Assembly (NCBI GenBank): GCA_963977015.1
Contig: CAXBMO010000009.1
Location: 1 to 64,000, forward strand
DNA from: an uncultured bacterium
GTDB lineage: Bacteria; Verrucomicrobiota; Verrucomicrobiia; Verrucomicrobiales; DEV007
Length of the DNA stretch: 64,000 nucleotides
Direction: 5' to 3'
Shown here piece by piece: positions 10,994 to 20,155 of the stretch. The first letter of the stretch is position 1, and each line of letters starts with the position of its first letter. The notes under the pieces are model-generated. The model did not search any database. It worked only from the letters and a program-made list of their open reading frames with translations, and was not told the origin of the DNA. Made by a program: the position numbers and the translations under genes.

Positions 10994-11587
10994 CTACTTC
11001 TTGGCAGCAAGCTTTGCCTTCGCCTCATCCTCTTCGCCTTCCGCCTTTAGGCCAATCCAGGCCTTCTTAGGCTCTCCATTCACATCAACCTGACCGGGAA
11101 GCACGATTTGGACCTTGGGCTCGAGTTCGATTGCGATGAGAATCTTCCGTCCATCCGCCTCCCGATTTCCTCCCTCGCTCAACCATGCAAGTTCCACTTC
11201 CTCGTTGGTGAGACTTGAGACAATCAATTCGTCATTCTGATCAGGAAGAAGTTGAGGAACCATTGCACCCTCGGTGAGTCGAAGATCCCCATAGAGAACG
11301 GTCCGGACATTGCCGTTCCGATCACGACTCAACCCTCTGACTCGCAGCCCTTCCAAAATCTGGATAATCTGCGACGCCTCACTGGTCGCGTCCTCAGGGC
11401 CAAGCTTCTCTACAGTGCGCGCCGCATAGGGATTCCGCTCGGCAACGTCAACCCTGGTTCCGCGTTTGGAACTCGGAAGAATTCCAATTTCCTGAACTCC
11501 ATCGGATCCGCCAACAGGAGTATCATCCCCCAGAACAGGCAGAACGAAACATGATAACAGGAGCAGATGAATTTTTAATGCTTTCAT
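10994..11587 (-). CDS. exported PilP/GspC-like protein
   Basis: Signal peptide, RNPY motif (cf. PilP RDPF), beta-rich LRVRGL...LRLTEG...LIVSSLTNEEVEL; position after the PilO-like gene. Confidence 0.55.
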   Translation of the reverse strand: MKALKIHLLLLSCFVLPVLGDDTPVGGSDGVQEIGILPSSKRGTRVDVAERNPYAARTVEKLGPEDATSEASQIIQILEGLRVRGLSRDRNGNVRTVLYGDLRLTEGAMVPQLLPDQNDELIVSSLTNEEVELAWLSEGGNREADGRKILIAIELEPKVQIVLPGQVDVNGEPKKAWIGLKAEGEEDEAKAKLAAKK

Positions 11588-11606
11588 GACAAATGTGCTT
11601 GATGAT

Positions 11607-12143
11607 TCAACTCTTCAGAATCGGAAGATCGATAATAAGTTCCATCCTGAGATCGTCTCCAGATTCGCCCCGGAGAATCCGGCAGGTTGTAACTCTGCTA
11701 GTCGGCAGCTCCTCTTCCAGAGAAGCCATCCAATTGAATGCTTTTGAATACTCATCCTCAATCGTGACATGAGCCCTCAAGATGTAGTCAAAGACCGGAG
11801 AATTCAGTTGGTTGATCAGTTCAAATCTTTGTGAAACGGCGAATACTTCAGCGCGTTTCACAAGATCAATTACCCGCTGCTCTGATGCTTGGGGACTGCG
11901 GGTGGCGCGAAGATATGGCTCCCATTCTGAATGGAATTTTCGAAGTCCCTTGGTTTGGAGTTCCAATGTATCCAGGGCCCGTTGAGCGGTCATGTAGGCT
12001 TGTTGCGCCTGCATGGCACTCTGCTTTTCCTCTGCTGCATCCGTCCTCATGGCCGTCATTTTTTTATACGACTTCTGAGTTCCGTATACCAAACAGCCAA
12101 TAATGAGCAGTAGAATGAGACACGCGGTTTGTTTATCCTTCAT
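11607..12143 (-). CDS. PilO/GspM-like bitopic protein
   Basis: N-terminal TM, coiled coil, ferredoxin-like C-terminus (EDEYSKAFNWMASLE); synteny. Confidence 0.65.
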   Translation of the reverse strand: MKDKQTACLILLLIIGCLVYGTQKSYKKMTAMRTDAAEEKQSAMQAQQAYMTAQRALDTLELQTKGLRKFHSEWEPYLRATRSPQASEQRVIDLVKRAEVFAVSQRFELINQLNSPVFDYILRAHVTIEDEYSKAFNWMASLEEELPTSRVTTCRILRGESGDDLRMELIIDLPILKS

Positions 12144-12165
12144 CTTATCTAATTTTTTTCAGTTC

Positions 12166-12735
12166 TTAGCTACCAGTCTTGACTTGGCTGTTCTGAAAGA
12201 CCAGCGTGGCTTTATAATCTACGGAATCCTGCTCCTTCTGCTGCTGAGCCGAGTAGGCTCTGAAGTCAAGAGCCATCCAACTGTTCAGCACCTGCTCCAA
12301 GACCGAGCTATTGACCCCGTCGATTTTCAAGTTCAGCTTGAGCTGCCTGGGGAGTTCTCCGTTTCGTGAAATCGCAACCTCCGCCACGGTCGCTTCGTCT
12401 CCAACGCTCCGGGAAATCGCAACGCACAGGGGTTGCAGCGAATGAGCTCCCTCCAGCCACTTGGCAACGGTTCTGGCTTGAGTGTTCAGCGCCTCAATTT
12501 TTTGCCGATCAGTTCCTACTTGAACGTTCTTGGCCTGAAACTGGCGAGACTGGCTAGACCACTTTTCACGAGCAGTTTTGGATTTTGAATACCCCATCTC
12601 AAACCAGACCAGCGATGTCGAGCAGAGCACGAGCGCTAGGTAAAAAAGAATGGGGACGAATCGCAACGCTGGAGACAACCCCTTGGAGATCTCCCTGCGT
12701 TCCGACTTTAAATCATGACAAATACCTGATTCCAT
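12166..12735 (-). CDS. PilN-like bitopic protein
   Basis: Short N-tail, one TM, coiled coil, C-terminal alpha/beta domain; synteny. Confidence 0.6.
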   Translation of the reverse strand: MESGICHDLKSERREISKGLSPALRFVPILFYLALVLCSTSLVWFEMGYSKSKTAREKWSSQSRQFQAKNVQVGTDRQKIEALNTQARTVAKWLEGAHSLQPLCVAISRSVGDEATVAEVAISRNGELPRQLKLNLKIDGVNSSVLEQVLNSWMALDFRAYSAQQQKEQDSVDYKATLVFQNSQVKTGS

Positions 12736-12754
12736 AACTCGAGTTTGTTAGTGA

Positions 12755-13627
12755 TTAATTTTGAGCCAGAACCATCCAAAGATGATCGTTCTGCGTCACG
12801 TCCACAGCGCCATAGGGCTGAAGATGACCCATAAGATTGGTTGCAACCTGAGATTGTGGTTGATCATGAAGCAGGACAATCGACGAACCTGCTTCCATAC
12901 CACTGAGCAGTGGCGTTGCGATTGTCATGATCGGCTCAATATCTCCGCCACTAAATAGACCACTTCGCGATCTCAATTCGCTCCACTGCCCTTTCTTCTG
13001 CACCAAGACGCAGACCGAACCATCACAGCAGGCGATAAGGGCCATATCCTTGCCAGAGCCTCCTTTTCGGGCTGCGTGTTCTCTTCGCAGATAATCTTCC
13101 ACCATCGCGAATAGGCCACAGCAAATCCGTGCAGGTTTGAGACCGTTGTCGAGAAGCGCATCCTCAACGGTTTTAATCATGGATTCTTCGCAAGCGAGAA
13201 GAAGACTGGCGCTTGTCTCAGGGTTATGATGCAACGCATAACGCTTGCCTCGATCATACTTGGTTCCAATAACAGAACGAGGATTGGCTCGAATCATGCG
13301 CTCTGCGCCTGGTTTTCGAGAAAGATTGGATTCCAAGGTAATGATGAAACGATTGTTGAGGGACAAAACCACCCAACCGCTGTCAGTATGATTCCGCCAT
13401 TCATCAGCCATCTCAGCAGCGATATTCATAAACTCCCCGTCCACCTTGACCAACTGACCAAGAACACCCTTTTTATCAACAGGGCGCCAGGTGACGTAAC
13501 CTTTGCTGATATTGAGGATGACAAATTTCTTTCCAGCAAGGCGCTTGGGAATTGCCGCGCTACTATCATCGGGGTCAGGACGAAAAGCCTGAAAGGAAAG
13601 GACGTCTTTTATATCATCGAGTTTCAT
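12755..13627 (-). CDS. PilM/GspL-like cytoplasmic protein
   Basis: Soluble 290 aa; LLLAC...LLDNGLKPARI pattern resembles PilM; position before the PilN-like gene; actin phosphate motif degenerate. Confidence 0.55.
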   Translation of the reverse strand: MKLDDIKDVLSFQAFRPDPDDSSAAIPKRLAGKKFVILNISKGYVTWRPVDKKGVLGQLVKVDGEFMNIAAEMADEWRNHTDSGWVVLSLNNRFIITLESNLSRKPGAERMIRANPRSVIGTKYDRGKRYALHHNPETSASLLLACEESMIKTVEDALLDNGLKPARICCGLFAMVEDYLRREHAARKGGSGKDMALIACCDGSVCVLVQKKGQWSELRSRSGLFSGGDIEPIMTIATPLLSGMEAGSSIVLLHDQPQSQVATNLMGHLQPYGAVDVTQNDHLWMVLAQN

Positions 13628-13632
13628 ACGCT

Positions 13633-14688
13633 TTAACTTGGGAGGAGTTCTTCACGCTCAAGATATTCAAGGACCTCGTGATCAGAGTAACCTGAGCTAT
13701 AAACCATACCAGATGGCCGCCAGCCCTCGAACTGACGCTGTTCAATGCTGCGATCAAAGTTGTACATCCCCTTGCTCTGCCCCACTTCGAGTTCTTGATC
13801 GAGCTTCTTAAATTCTCCTCGCCGGATCATCGCACAAACCGAGTCATACTGGAGGAGAAGTTCGTGCACCGGGAAGCGCTTTCCTCTTGTCTCATCCAAA
13901 AGAAGACGCTGACAGAGAATCGCTCTCATGGAATCGGCGAATGATAGAATGGCGTTCTCCACCCGCTCTGTGGGAACCAACTTCAGAAAGCGTTGGACGG
14001 TTTGCGCGGCAGACGATGTGTGAAGAGTCGCAACCACTACGTGACCGGTCTCTGCAGCCTGGAGCGCGATTTCCGCCGTTTCACCATCTCGAATCTCTCC
14101 GACGACGATGACGTCAGGAGCTTGACGCAAGGCGGCCCGAAGTGATGCACCAAAGTCCAATTCATCCGTTCCGATTTCTCGCTGTGAAATCAACGAAGGC
14201 AGGTTGTCTGGGTAAAGATACTCGATCGGGTCCTCAAAGGTGATGACATGCTCCTGGCGCCTTTGCGCTCGTGCCAAGACGAGAGATGCAATGGTGGTAG
14301 ATTTTCCGCTTCCCGTCGCACCACAAACCAGAAACAAACCGTTCTTGGCTTCCAAAAAGGACTTAATCGCAGCCGGTGGGACCAAAATATTTCTGAGTTC
14401 AGGAATCGACTCTGGCAATAGCCGCATCACCCAACGGGGACGCCCTTTCGTAACCATCCGGCTAACTCGAAACCTTCTCCCGCCCAGCGAAAGCGCATAG
14501 TCCTCACACCCTGGTCCAAACTTAAATTCGATCTGCGGCTGATAGACGAAGGAATCGAAATGCAGCTTCCCGTTGTATTTAAAGCTCAGCTGCTCCCATG
14601 GCGTAATGTAAAAGTCACTGACCGCAGAATCTTGCGACAGGTGCAGGAGTCGATGCCCGAGTGGAGTTCTTTCGTTGATTTCGTCCAT
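13633..14688 (-). CDS. pilT: PilT/PilU-family retraction ATPase
   Basis: GATGSGKSTT, ITFEDPIEY, SQREIG, LRAALRQAPDVIVVGEIRDGETAEIALQAAETGHVVVATLHT. Confidence 0.88.
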   Translation of the reverse strand: MDEINERTPLGHRLLHLSQDSAVSDFYITPWEQLSFKYNGKLHFDSFVYQPQIEFKFGPGCEDYALSLGGRRFRVSRMVTKGRPRWVMRLLPESIPELRNILVPPAAIKSFLEAKNGLFLVCGATGSGKSTTIASLVLARAQRRQEHVITFEDPIEYLYPDNLPSLISQREIGTDELDFGASLRAALRQAPDVIVVGEIRDGETAEIALQAAETGHVVVATLHTSSAAQTVQRFLKLVPTERVENAILSFADSMRAILCQRLLLDETRGKRFPVHELLLQYDSVCAMIRRGEFKKLDQELEVGQSKGMYNFDRSIEQRQFEGWRPSGMVYSSGYSDHEVLEYLEREELLPS

Positions 14689-14825
14689 GAGATTGAAACT
14701 GATGCTTAGGAAAATGAGAGCAGATCAATCAGGAACCGGGAATTGACTGCATTTTCCATTATTAACATAAATTACTATAAAGTAAATTTTTTATGAAGAT
14801 AAAGTTTCACGAACCATCTACGTGA

Positions 14826-14850
14826 TTGGAAAGTAGGAATGACTTTCCAA
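14826..14850. promoter_or_regulatory. perfect 9-bp inverted repeat, candidate operator in the divergent pil promoter region
   Basis: TTGGAAAGT-N7-ACTTTCCAA, roughly midway between the pilT and secretin starts. Confidence 0.4.
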
Positions 14851-14916
14851 GAAATAGTCCCGGCAATGGGGCACCAGGTCAAAGCGGAATTATAATACTT
14901 ATAGAAAAACTTATTT

Positions 14917-14945
14917 TTGACAATTCATTTAGCTAGATTTAAGAT
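14917..14945 (+). promoter_or_regulatory. sigma70-type promoter of the secretin gene
   Basis: TTGACA-17 nt-TAAGAT with AT-rich upstream sequence, 41 nt before the ATG. Confidence 0.65.
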
Positions 14946-14986
14946 AAGTTTGAATTAAAGTTCAATTTGTCTTAATCAAAGCAAGA

Positions 14987-16957
14987 ATGAAACATCCGCT
15001 TTATTTGCTAGCTGCAGTCCTTTGCCTATCGCCCCTCAAAGGCACGGCTCAGGTAGTAACCGATTATTCCACACTTCCCAACTCGCCGTCCTACGAATCG
15101 GCCGCGGGACCACTTCGGAATGCTCCGGGAGCCGAATACAAATTCACCGAGGCCAGGCTGTCGGATGTGCTTCAACTTTTGGCCGACGAAGCCAACATTT
15201 CATTCTTCTCACTTCCCAATGGAACGGAAGCGGGGGATCGAATCGTAACGTTTACCATTCACGCCAGCCCGTTTCTCGCCTTGGAAACACTGGCTAAATC
15301 GAACGGAATTGCATTGATTTACGAAAATGGCATCTGGTATCTCCGCCCCGAGACAGATACCCAGCTGATTGGAAGGGTTTACCAAATTCAGTATAACTCC
15401 CGCGAAGCCATCACAACAGGCGGCGTTGGTGGAAATTTGGGCCAGGTCGGAGGTACAACAACGGGTGGAAACACAACGTCCGGAATCGACCTACAGGGAA
15501 CCACTCAATCCTTTGAGACGGAGCCTAGTCAGCTTCTTGAAGACATTCGTGAACTTCTGGATATTCCAACTGGAGCGTTCGGCATTATGGCGGGAGCAAC
15601 TTCGGTTGACGCGCTTGCCGCAGGCAAAGGAAGAGCAAGCACCATCATCATGCCTTCCACGATCAGCAGCTTAAGCCGATCGGAACCGGGAACCGATTCC
15701 GGCGCAAAGGTCATTTGGAGCTCCGACTCCAATACTCTCTATGTCGTAGCCACCAGACAGCAGCACCAATGGATTGAGGGTTACCTGGCAGCCTCCGACA
15801 AACCACAAGATCAGATCGCCCTCGAAGTGAAGTTTGTTGAAACGAGTCGCGATCCATCCGTTGAATTCGGGGTCGACTGGTCCGGCACGCTTGCCGATGG
15901 ATACGATGTAACGTTGATGGGGGACCCCACCGATGACATTCCTGATTTGGTGAGCAGCGATGGCAGCTTTAACAACGCAACGTCCATTACCAACTTCATC
16001 AACCCTCAGCGACTCGGAGACTTCGAACTCCCTACGACTGCATTGCTCGACTTGGAGTTCGTCCAAGCCAAGATCAGAGCGTTCGCCACCAATTCAGAAA
16101 CGACGACCGTTTCTTATCCACGAATGATCACGACGAACAACCGCGAGGTTATGCTCCGGAGTGTGGTCAATCAGCCTGTGCTGGCGGCGACCTCGAGCAC
16201 GTCTTTGGGCGCCGGCGCAACGAGCACTCAGTCGATTACCTATCTTCCCATTGGAACGGTTCTGAATATTCTTCCCAAGAGGCTCGGAAACGGGAAGATT
16301 CAGCTCAACATCGCTCTGACGATTTCAAGCATCATCGGAGAGGAAATCATCAATGGAAACCCTTTCCCAATCGCCAGTTCACGAGTCTACAACGCTCCCG
16401 TTGAAGTCGATCCCGGTTACACCGTTGCCATCGGCGGACTGGATGAAGCCAATTGGAGCCAGCAGGAGTCGGGGATTCCCGCGCTTCGCAAGATTCCGGT
16501 TCTTGGTTACGCATTCAAAACCAAAGGAGGCGGACGCCAGCGGAAGTCCCTCATGATTATGATCACGCCAAACGTGATCGATACGAAGAATGGCGGCTTG
16601 CCTGATGAGCCGATCTCAACAAATCGGGTCACCCCTCACGACCCTGGTCCACCTCAACTTAAAGAGGATGGCACTTTGATCAATCGCTTGGACGAGCTTC
16701 AGGGGGTTCTGGTCTCAGTCAATCAGGAGGCAGGAATTCTCGAGACGGTCTTGGATGATTTGAATGCAGAAGAAATTCACAAGCAGCGCATCAACGTCCT
16801 TCTTCGCTCGGTCCGCTCAACCCGCCACAAGATCGCAGCCTGGGCTGAAGCCAGCCCCGAACTTGCCAATGCGATTTCGAGCTACGACGAACAACTGCTC
16901 GCAATCCAGAACCGCCTGGAAAAAATGCAACGCCGAGCACGCTGGCTTCAGTATTAG
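14987..16957 (+). CDS. secretin (PilQ/GspD family)
   Basis: Signal peptide, N0-like FTEARLSDVLQLLA, N3-like SNTLYV, QIALEVKFVE, C-terminal GIPALRKIPVLGYAFK...LMIMITP; extra coiled-coil tail. Confidence 0.92.
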   Translation: MKHPLYLLAAVLCLSPLKGTAQVVTDYSTLPNSPSYESAAGPLRNAPGAEYKFTEARLSDVLQLLADEANISFFSLPNGTEAGDRIVTFTIHASPFLALETLAKSNGIALIYENGIWYLRPETDTQLIGRVYQIQYNSREAITTGGVGGNLGQVGGTTTGGNTTSGIDLQGTTQSFETEPSQLLEDIRELLDIPTGAFGIMAGATSVDALAAGKGRASTIIMPSTISSLSRSEPGTDSGAKVIWSSDSNTLYVVATRQQHQWIEGYLAASDKPQDQIALEVKFVETSRDPSVEFGVDWSGTLADGYDVTLMGDPTDDIPDLVSSDGSFNNATSITNFINPQRLGDFELPTTALLDLEFVQAKIRAFATNSETTTVSYPRMITTNNREVMLRSVVNQPVLAATSSTSLGAGATSTQSITYLPIGTVLNILPKRLGNGKIQLNIALTISSIIGEEIINGNPFPIASSRVYNAPVEVDPGYTVAIGGLDEANWSQQESGIPALRKIPVLGYAFKTKGGGRQRKSLMIMITPNVIDTKNGGLPDEPISTNRVTPHDPGPPQLKEDGTLINRLDELQGVLVSVNQEAGILETVLDDLNAEEIHKQRINVLLRSVRSTRHKIAAWAEASPELANAISSYDEQLLAIQNRLEKMQRRARWLQY

Positions 16958-16987
16958 AAGAAGCATTTCATTCCTGCTATTAAGAGG

Positions 16988-17018
16988 GCCGGGCGGGATT
17001 TTCTCGCCCGGCTTTTTT
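16988..17018 (+). terminator. intrinsic terminator of the secretin gene
   Basis: GCCGGGCGGGA-TTT-TCTCGCCCGGC-TTTTTT between convergent genes. Confidence 0.8.
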
Positions 17019-17811
17019 ATGCCTTGGAAGAACGTTTGGGAGGATGGCACACTCCCTTGCCTGATGTTTCCACGAAACAATTGATAAAGGCAGAAGCCAG
17101 TTCGGACCATTCCCTGTTCCCAGCCTCAACCAAGGCTTGAGAAAGGTTGAGGCCTCCACGGTAAATGAGTTCGTAAGCCTCCTTTAAATTTTTACGCGCA
17201 GCGGCATCAAAACCAGCTCGCCGCAGGCCGACCACATTCAACCCGTGGACTTCGTTGACCAACGCACACATGACATAGGAAGGAACATCCTGGCTCACCG
17301 AGCTGTTCCCTTTCACCATGCAGTAGTCTCCAATATGAATGAATTGATGGTAGGCTGATCCTCCGCCCAAAAAGTTACGATTTCCCATCTTCACATGCCC
17401 GCCCAATAGAACGTTATTGGCCAACACATTGTCATCGCCAATCTGAACATCATGCCCCAAATGGCTGCCAACCATTAGATAGTTCCCCTTCCCGACCCGC
17501 GTCCACCCATTCTCAGTAGCTCCCCGATGGATGGTAACATGTTCGCGGAATCGATTTTCAGGACCAATCTCGACACCGCTGACGGTCTGCGGGTCAAACT
17601 TCAAATCCTGAGGAAAGCCTCCTAAAATCGTACCGCCGTTGACTTCGCAATTCGCCCCCAGTTTTACGCGCCCCAAAATCTGGACGTGCCCGGCAATGAC
17701 ACAGCCTTCCCCAATCTCCGCACCTTCCTCAACAATGGAGTAAGGACCAATGGTCACATCCTCAGCAAGCTTGGCATGGGGGTGAATAACTGCGGTGGGG
17801 TGGATGCTCAT
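17017..17811 (-). CDS. lpxA: UDP-N-acetylglucosamine O-acyltransferase
   Basis: IHPTAVIHP hexapeptide repeats, PQDLKF, REHVTIHRG, SHLGHD, YHQF, GLNVVGLRR. Confidence 0.93.
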   Translation of the reverse strand: MSIHPTAVIHPHAKLAEDVTIGPYSIVEEGAEIGEGCVIAGHVQILGRVKLGANCEVNGGTILGGFPQDLKFDPQTVSGVEIGPENRFREHVTIHRGATENGWTRVGKGNYLMVGSHLGHDVQIGDDNVLANNVLLGGHVKMGNRNFLGGGSAYHQFIHIGDYCMVKGNSSVSQDVPSYVMCALVNEVHGLNVVGLRRAGFDAAARKNLKEAYELIYRGGLNLSQALVEAGNREWSELASAFINCFVETSGKGVCHPPKRSSKA

Positions 17812-17815
17812 CGAA

Positions 17816-18520
17816 CTAAATCAGACTATATTCTCGGAAACTAAAGTAGGGCTCAGAGTGATCATTGGGAGCTCCTATGATGATATGATCCGCAAGCGTC
17901 ACCCCCATCTCCTGACAGGCTCTTATCAATCGCCGGGTCATACTTCGATCGGCCTCGCTCGGCGAAGGATCACCTGAAGGATGATTGTGAACCAAAATGA
18001 AAGAGTGAGCGGACTCAATGAGCACCACGCGGAGAATCTCACCGGGATGCGCCAGACTTTCATTTTTCGTCCCTTTCGTGATTTCAGCAACCCGTATCAA
18101 GTTTCCACGAGTGTCGAGGAGAACAACCCGAAGCGATTCCTGGCGCAGGGAGCGCATTTCAGCGCCCAGCAAGTCATAGACTTTTTGGGGTTCATCCATC
18201 TTCACGGTGCGGATTCGCTCAACCGCAAGCCGGTTTCCCAATTCAAAGGCTGCCGCCATTTGCGCCCCCTTTGCCAAACCAACGCCCTTGGTTCCCGCCA
18301 ATTCCTTGACGGAGCAACGCGCCAGCCCCGCCAGAGAGCCATGTTTTTCAATGAGGCCACGCGCCAACTCCACCGCATTCATCCCCGGAATCCCCACACG
18401 TAAAAAAATCGCCAGCAACTCTGCGTCGGTCAGCGCCGAGGCTCCCCGTTTGGCAAGTTTCTCGCGCGGACGATCTTCATCGGGGAGATCCCGAATCCGA
18501 CTGGAAAGTTGTTCCTCCAT
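17816..18520 (-). CDS. radC: RadC/UPF0758 JAB-domain protein
   Basis: RPREKL...ALTDAELLAI, HhH GVGLAKG, HNHPSGDPSPSEAD, DHIII. Confidence 0.95.
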   Translation of the reverse strand: MEEQLSSRIRDLPDEDRPREKLAKRGASALTDAELLAIFLRVGIPGMNAVELARGLIEKHGSLAGLARCSVKELAGTKGVGLAKGAQMAAAFELGNRLAVERIRTVKMDEPQKVYDLLGAEMRSLRQESLRVVLLDTRGNLIRVAEITKGTKNESLAHPGEILRVVLIESAHSFILVHNHPSGDPSPSEADRSMTRRLIRACQEMGVTLADHIIIGAPNDHSEPYFSFREYSLI

Positions 18521-18534
18521 TGGCTACGACCCTT

Positions 18535-19527
18535 TCAAGAAAGGCGGCAGCGGTCCAGTAAATCATCCAGAAAATGCGTAATCTGTTCCAACGCGCTACT
18601 GTACTCGTTTCCGGGCAATACGATCAAATGGCTCCGAGCTTCGACCAAGAGCCCCTTTGCCGTACTGACTGCGTTTTCCAATGCTCCTTCATAGTCCGCA
18701 ATGTTGGCCAGTGCTGAAATGTCGAACGGCTCCTTCTGAACCAGCAATCTTGAAAGCTTTTCACGCTGTTTGTCGGTGGCGTCAGCCAGCAAATTCAGGA
18801 TGGGAAGCGTCAGCTTGCCTTTCTCGAGATCGGTCCGCAGCGTCTTGCCGACAGCTTCTTCGTCGCCGATCAAATCCAGGCAATCATCGTAAACTTGGTA
18901 GGCAATCCCAAGTTTGCGCCCGTATTCCGCCAAGTTGTTGCAAACGGACGGACTCGCACCATTGACTCTTGCTCCCAAATCCGTCGCGACCTGAAAAAGT
19001 GCCGCGGTTTTCATCTCAATGATCTGAAAATAGTCTTCCTTACTGAGTTTGAGATCGAATCGTCGCTGGGTTTGAATGATCTCTCCCTGACAGACTTGAG
19101 ATGCAGATCTCGCGATCTTTCGGGCGATTTCGGAATCATCAAACTCCGTGGAGAGCATCAGCGCGTGAGCAAACAAGCTGTCTCCGAGAAGAACGCTTAA
19201 TCCGTTGCCCCATTTGGCACTGGCCGTCAGTAAATCCCGACGTTTCTCGGCCCCGTCGATAATGTCGTCGTGAACCAGCGTCGCGATGTGAATGAGTTCG
19301 AGAATCGTTCCCAACCTCGTGTGATCCTGATTGGTTGCCCCGGTCGAACCACCCGCCAGCATCACCAGCGCCGGACGAATGCGTTTACCGCTTGCTCCGC
19401 AAACGTAGGAAACGTAGCCCTCGACGGCTGGATCGAACGCCTTCACCTGACTCTCAAGGTCAGATTCGACTTTCGCGATATCGTTCCGAATTAGGTGAAA
19501 TGGAAACTCTCGGATTTGGGCTGGCAT
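18535..19527 (-). CDS. polyprenyl diphosphate synthase (IspB/HepT-like)
   Basis: GKRIRP, LVHDDIID, KTAALF, YQVYDDCLD, GKLTLP. Confidence 0.93.
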   Translation of the reverse strand: MPAQIREFPFHLIRNDIAKVESDLESQVKAFDPAVEGYVSYVCGASGKRIRPALVMLAGGSTGATNQDHTRLGTILELIHIATLVHDDIIDGAEKRRDLLTASAKWGNGLSVLLGDSLFAHALMLSTEFDDSEIARKIARSASQVCQGEIIQTQRRFDLKLSKEDYFQIIEMKTAALFQVATDLGARVNGASPSVCNNLAEYGRKLGIAYQVYDDCLDLIGDEEAVGKTLRTDLEKGKLTLPILNLLADATDKQREKLSRLLVQKEPFDISALANIADYEGALENAVSTAKGLLVEARSHLIVLPGNEYSSALEQITHFLDDLLDRCRLS

Positions 19528-19613
19528 GGCTTCGGTCTAAAGAGATGAACCCCATAAAATGATACGCATGAATTTACCAGCAGGATCTTCGCGATTGTCA
19601 ACTTTCCCAGTCA

Positions 19614-20141
19614 ATGCCAGAATCCCGAAGACGCGTGGAAGAGTTATCTGAACAGAATGCCGAAGACTTGTGGTCTCGGTCCTTGAATTTCCTGGATGGA
19701 GAGCGAAGCCGGTCCTGGCATGAGTTTCAGGTTCACCAGCCTGCTCTTTACCACTACATCGTGGATCGCTCGGAGAGCCGGTTTGAGCCGGAGGTCGCAG
19801 AATTGCTGGAACAAACCGCTTCACTGATCTGGCGGCTATTTTTCAGCGTCGATGACGAATTGGAACGCATCATGGCAGCAAACATTGAGGACCTCGAGCG
19901 CTCCAATGCGTCCGTTCTCCAACTCCTGAGCGATGAGTCCAGCCTGCATTCCAACTTCGAGGATCGTTTTGACATGTTGATGGAGCACTCGAGCGATCTC
20001 CCCCAGCGCCATTTATTCCGTCTCACATTTGAGCATCTGGACACCGCTCACAGCGATCGGAATCCAGAGTTGGACGACTTTAACTTCGCGCTTCTGATGT
20101 TCTATCTCCGGGTGTTCATCGATTGCCTTGATCAGGCCTGA
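19614..20141 (+). CDS. hypothetical protein
   Basis: 175-aa acidic helical ORF filling the gap; internal Q-P/R-x-L duplication. Confidence 0.7.
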   Translation: MPESRRRVEELSEQNAEDLWSRSLNFLDGERSRSWHEFQVHQPALYHYIVDRSESRFEPEVAELLEQTASLIWRLFFSVDDELERIMAANIEDLERSNASVLQLLSDESSLHSNFEDRFDMLMEHSSDLPQRHLFRLTFEHLDTAHSDRNPELDDFNFALLMFYLRVFIDCLDQA

Positions 20142-20155
20142 ACACGGAACCCTCG

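Noticed and set aside
17816-18520. radC as a marker of a mobile element
   Set aside because: Full-length chromosomal type with N-terminal HhH, in an operon with lpxA and the prenyl synthase; no mobility genes
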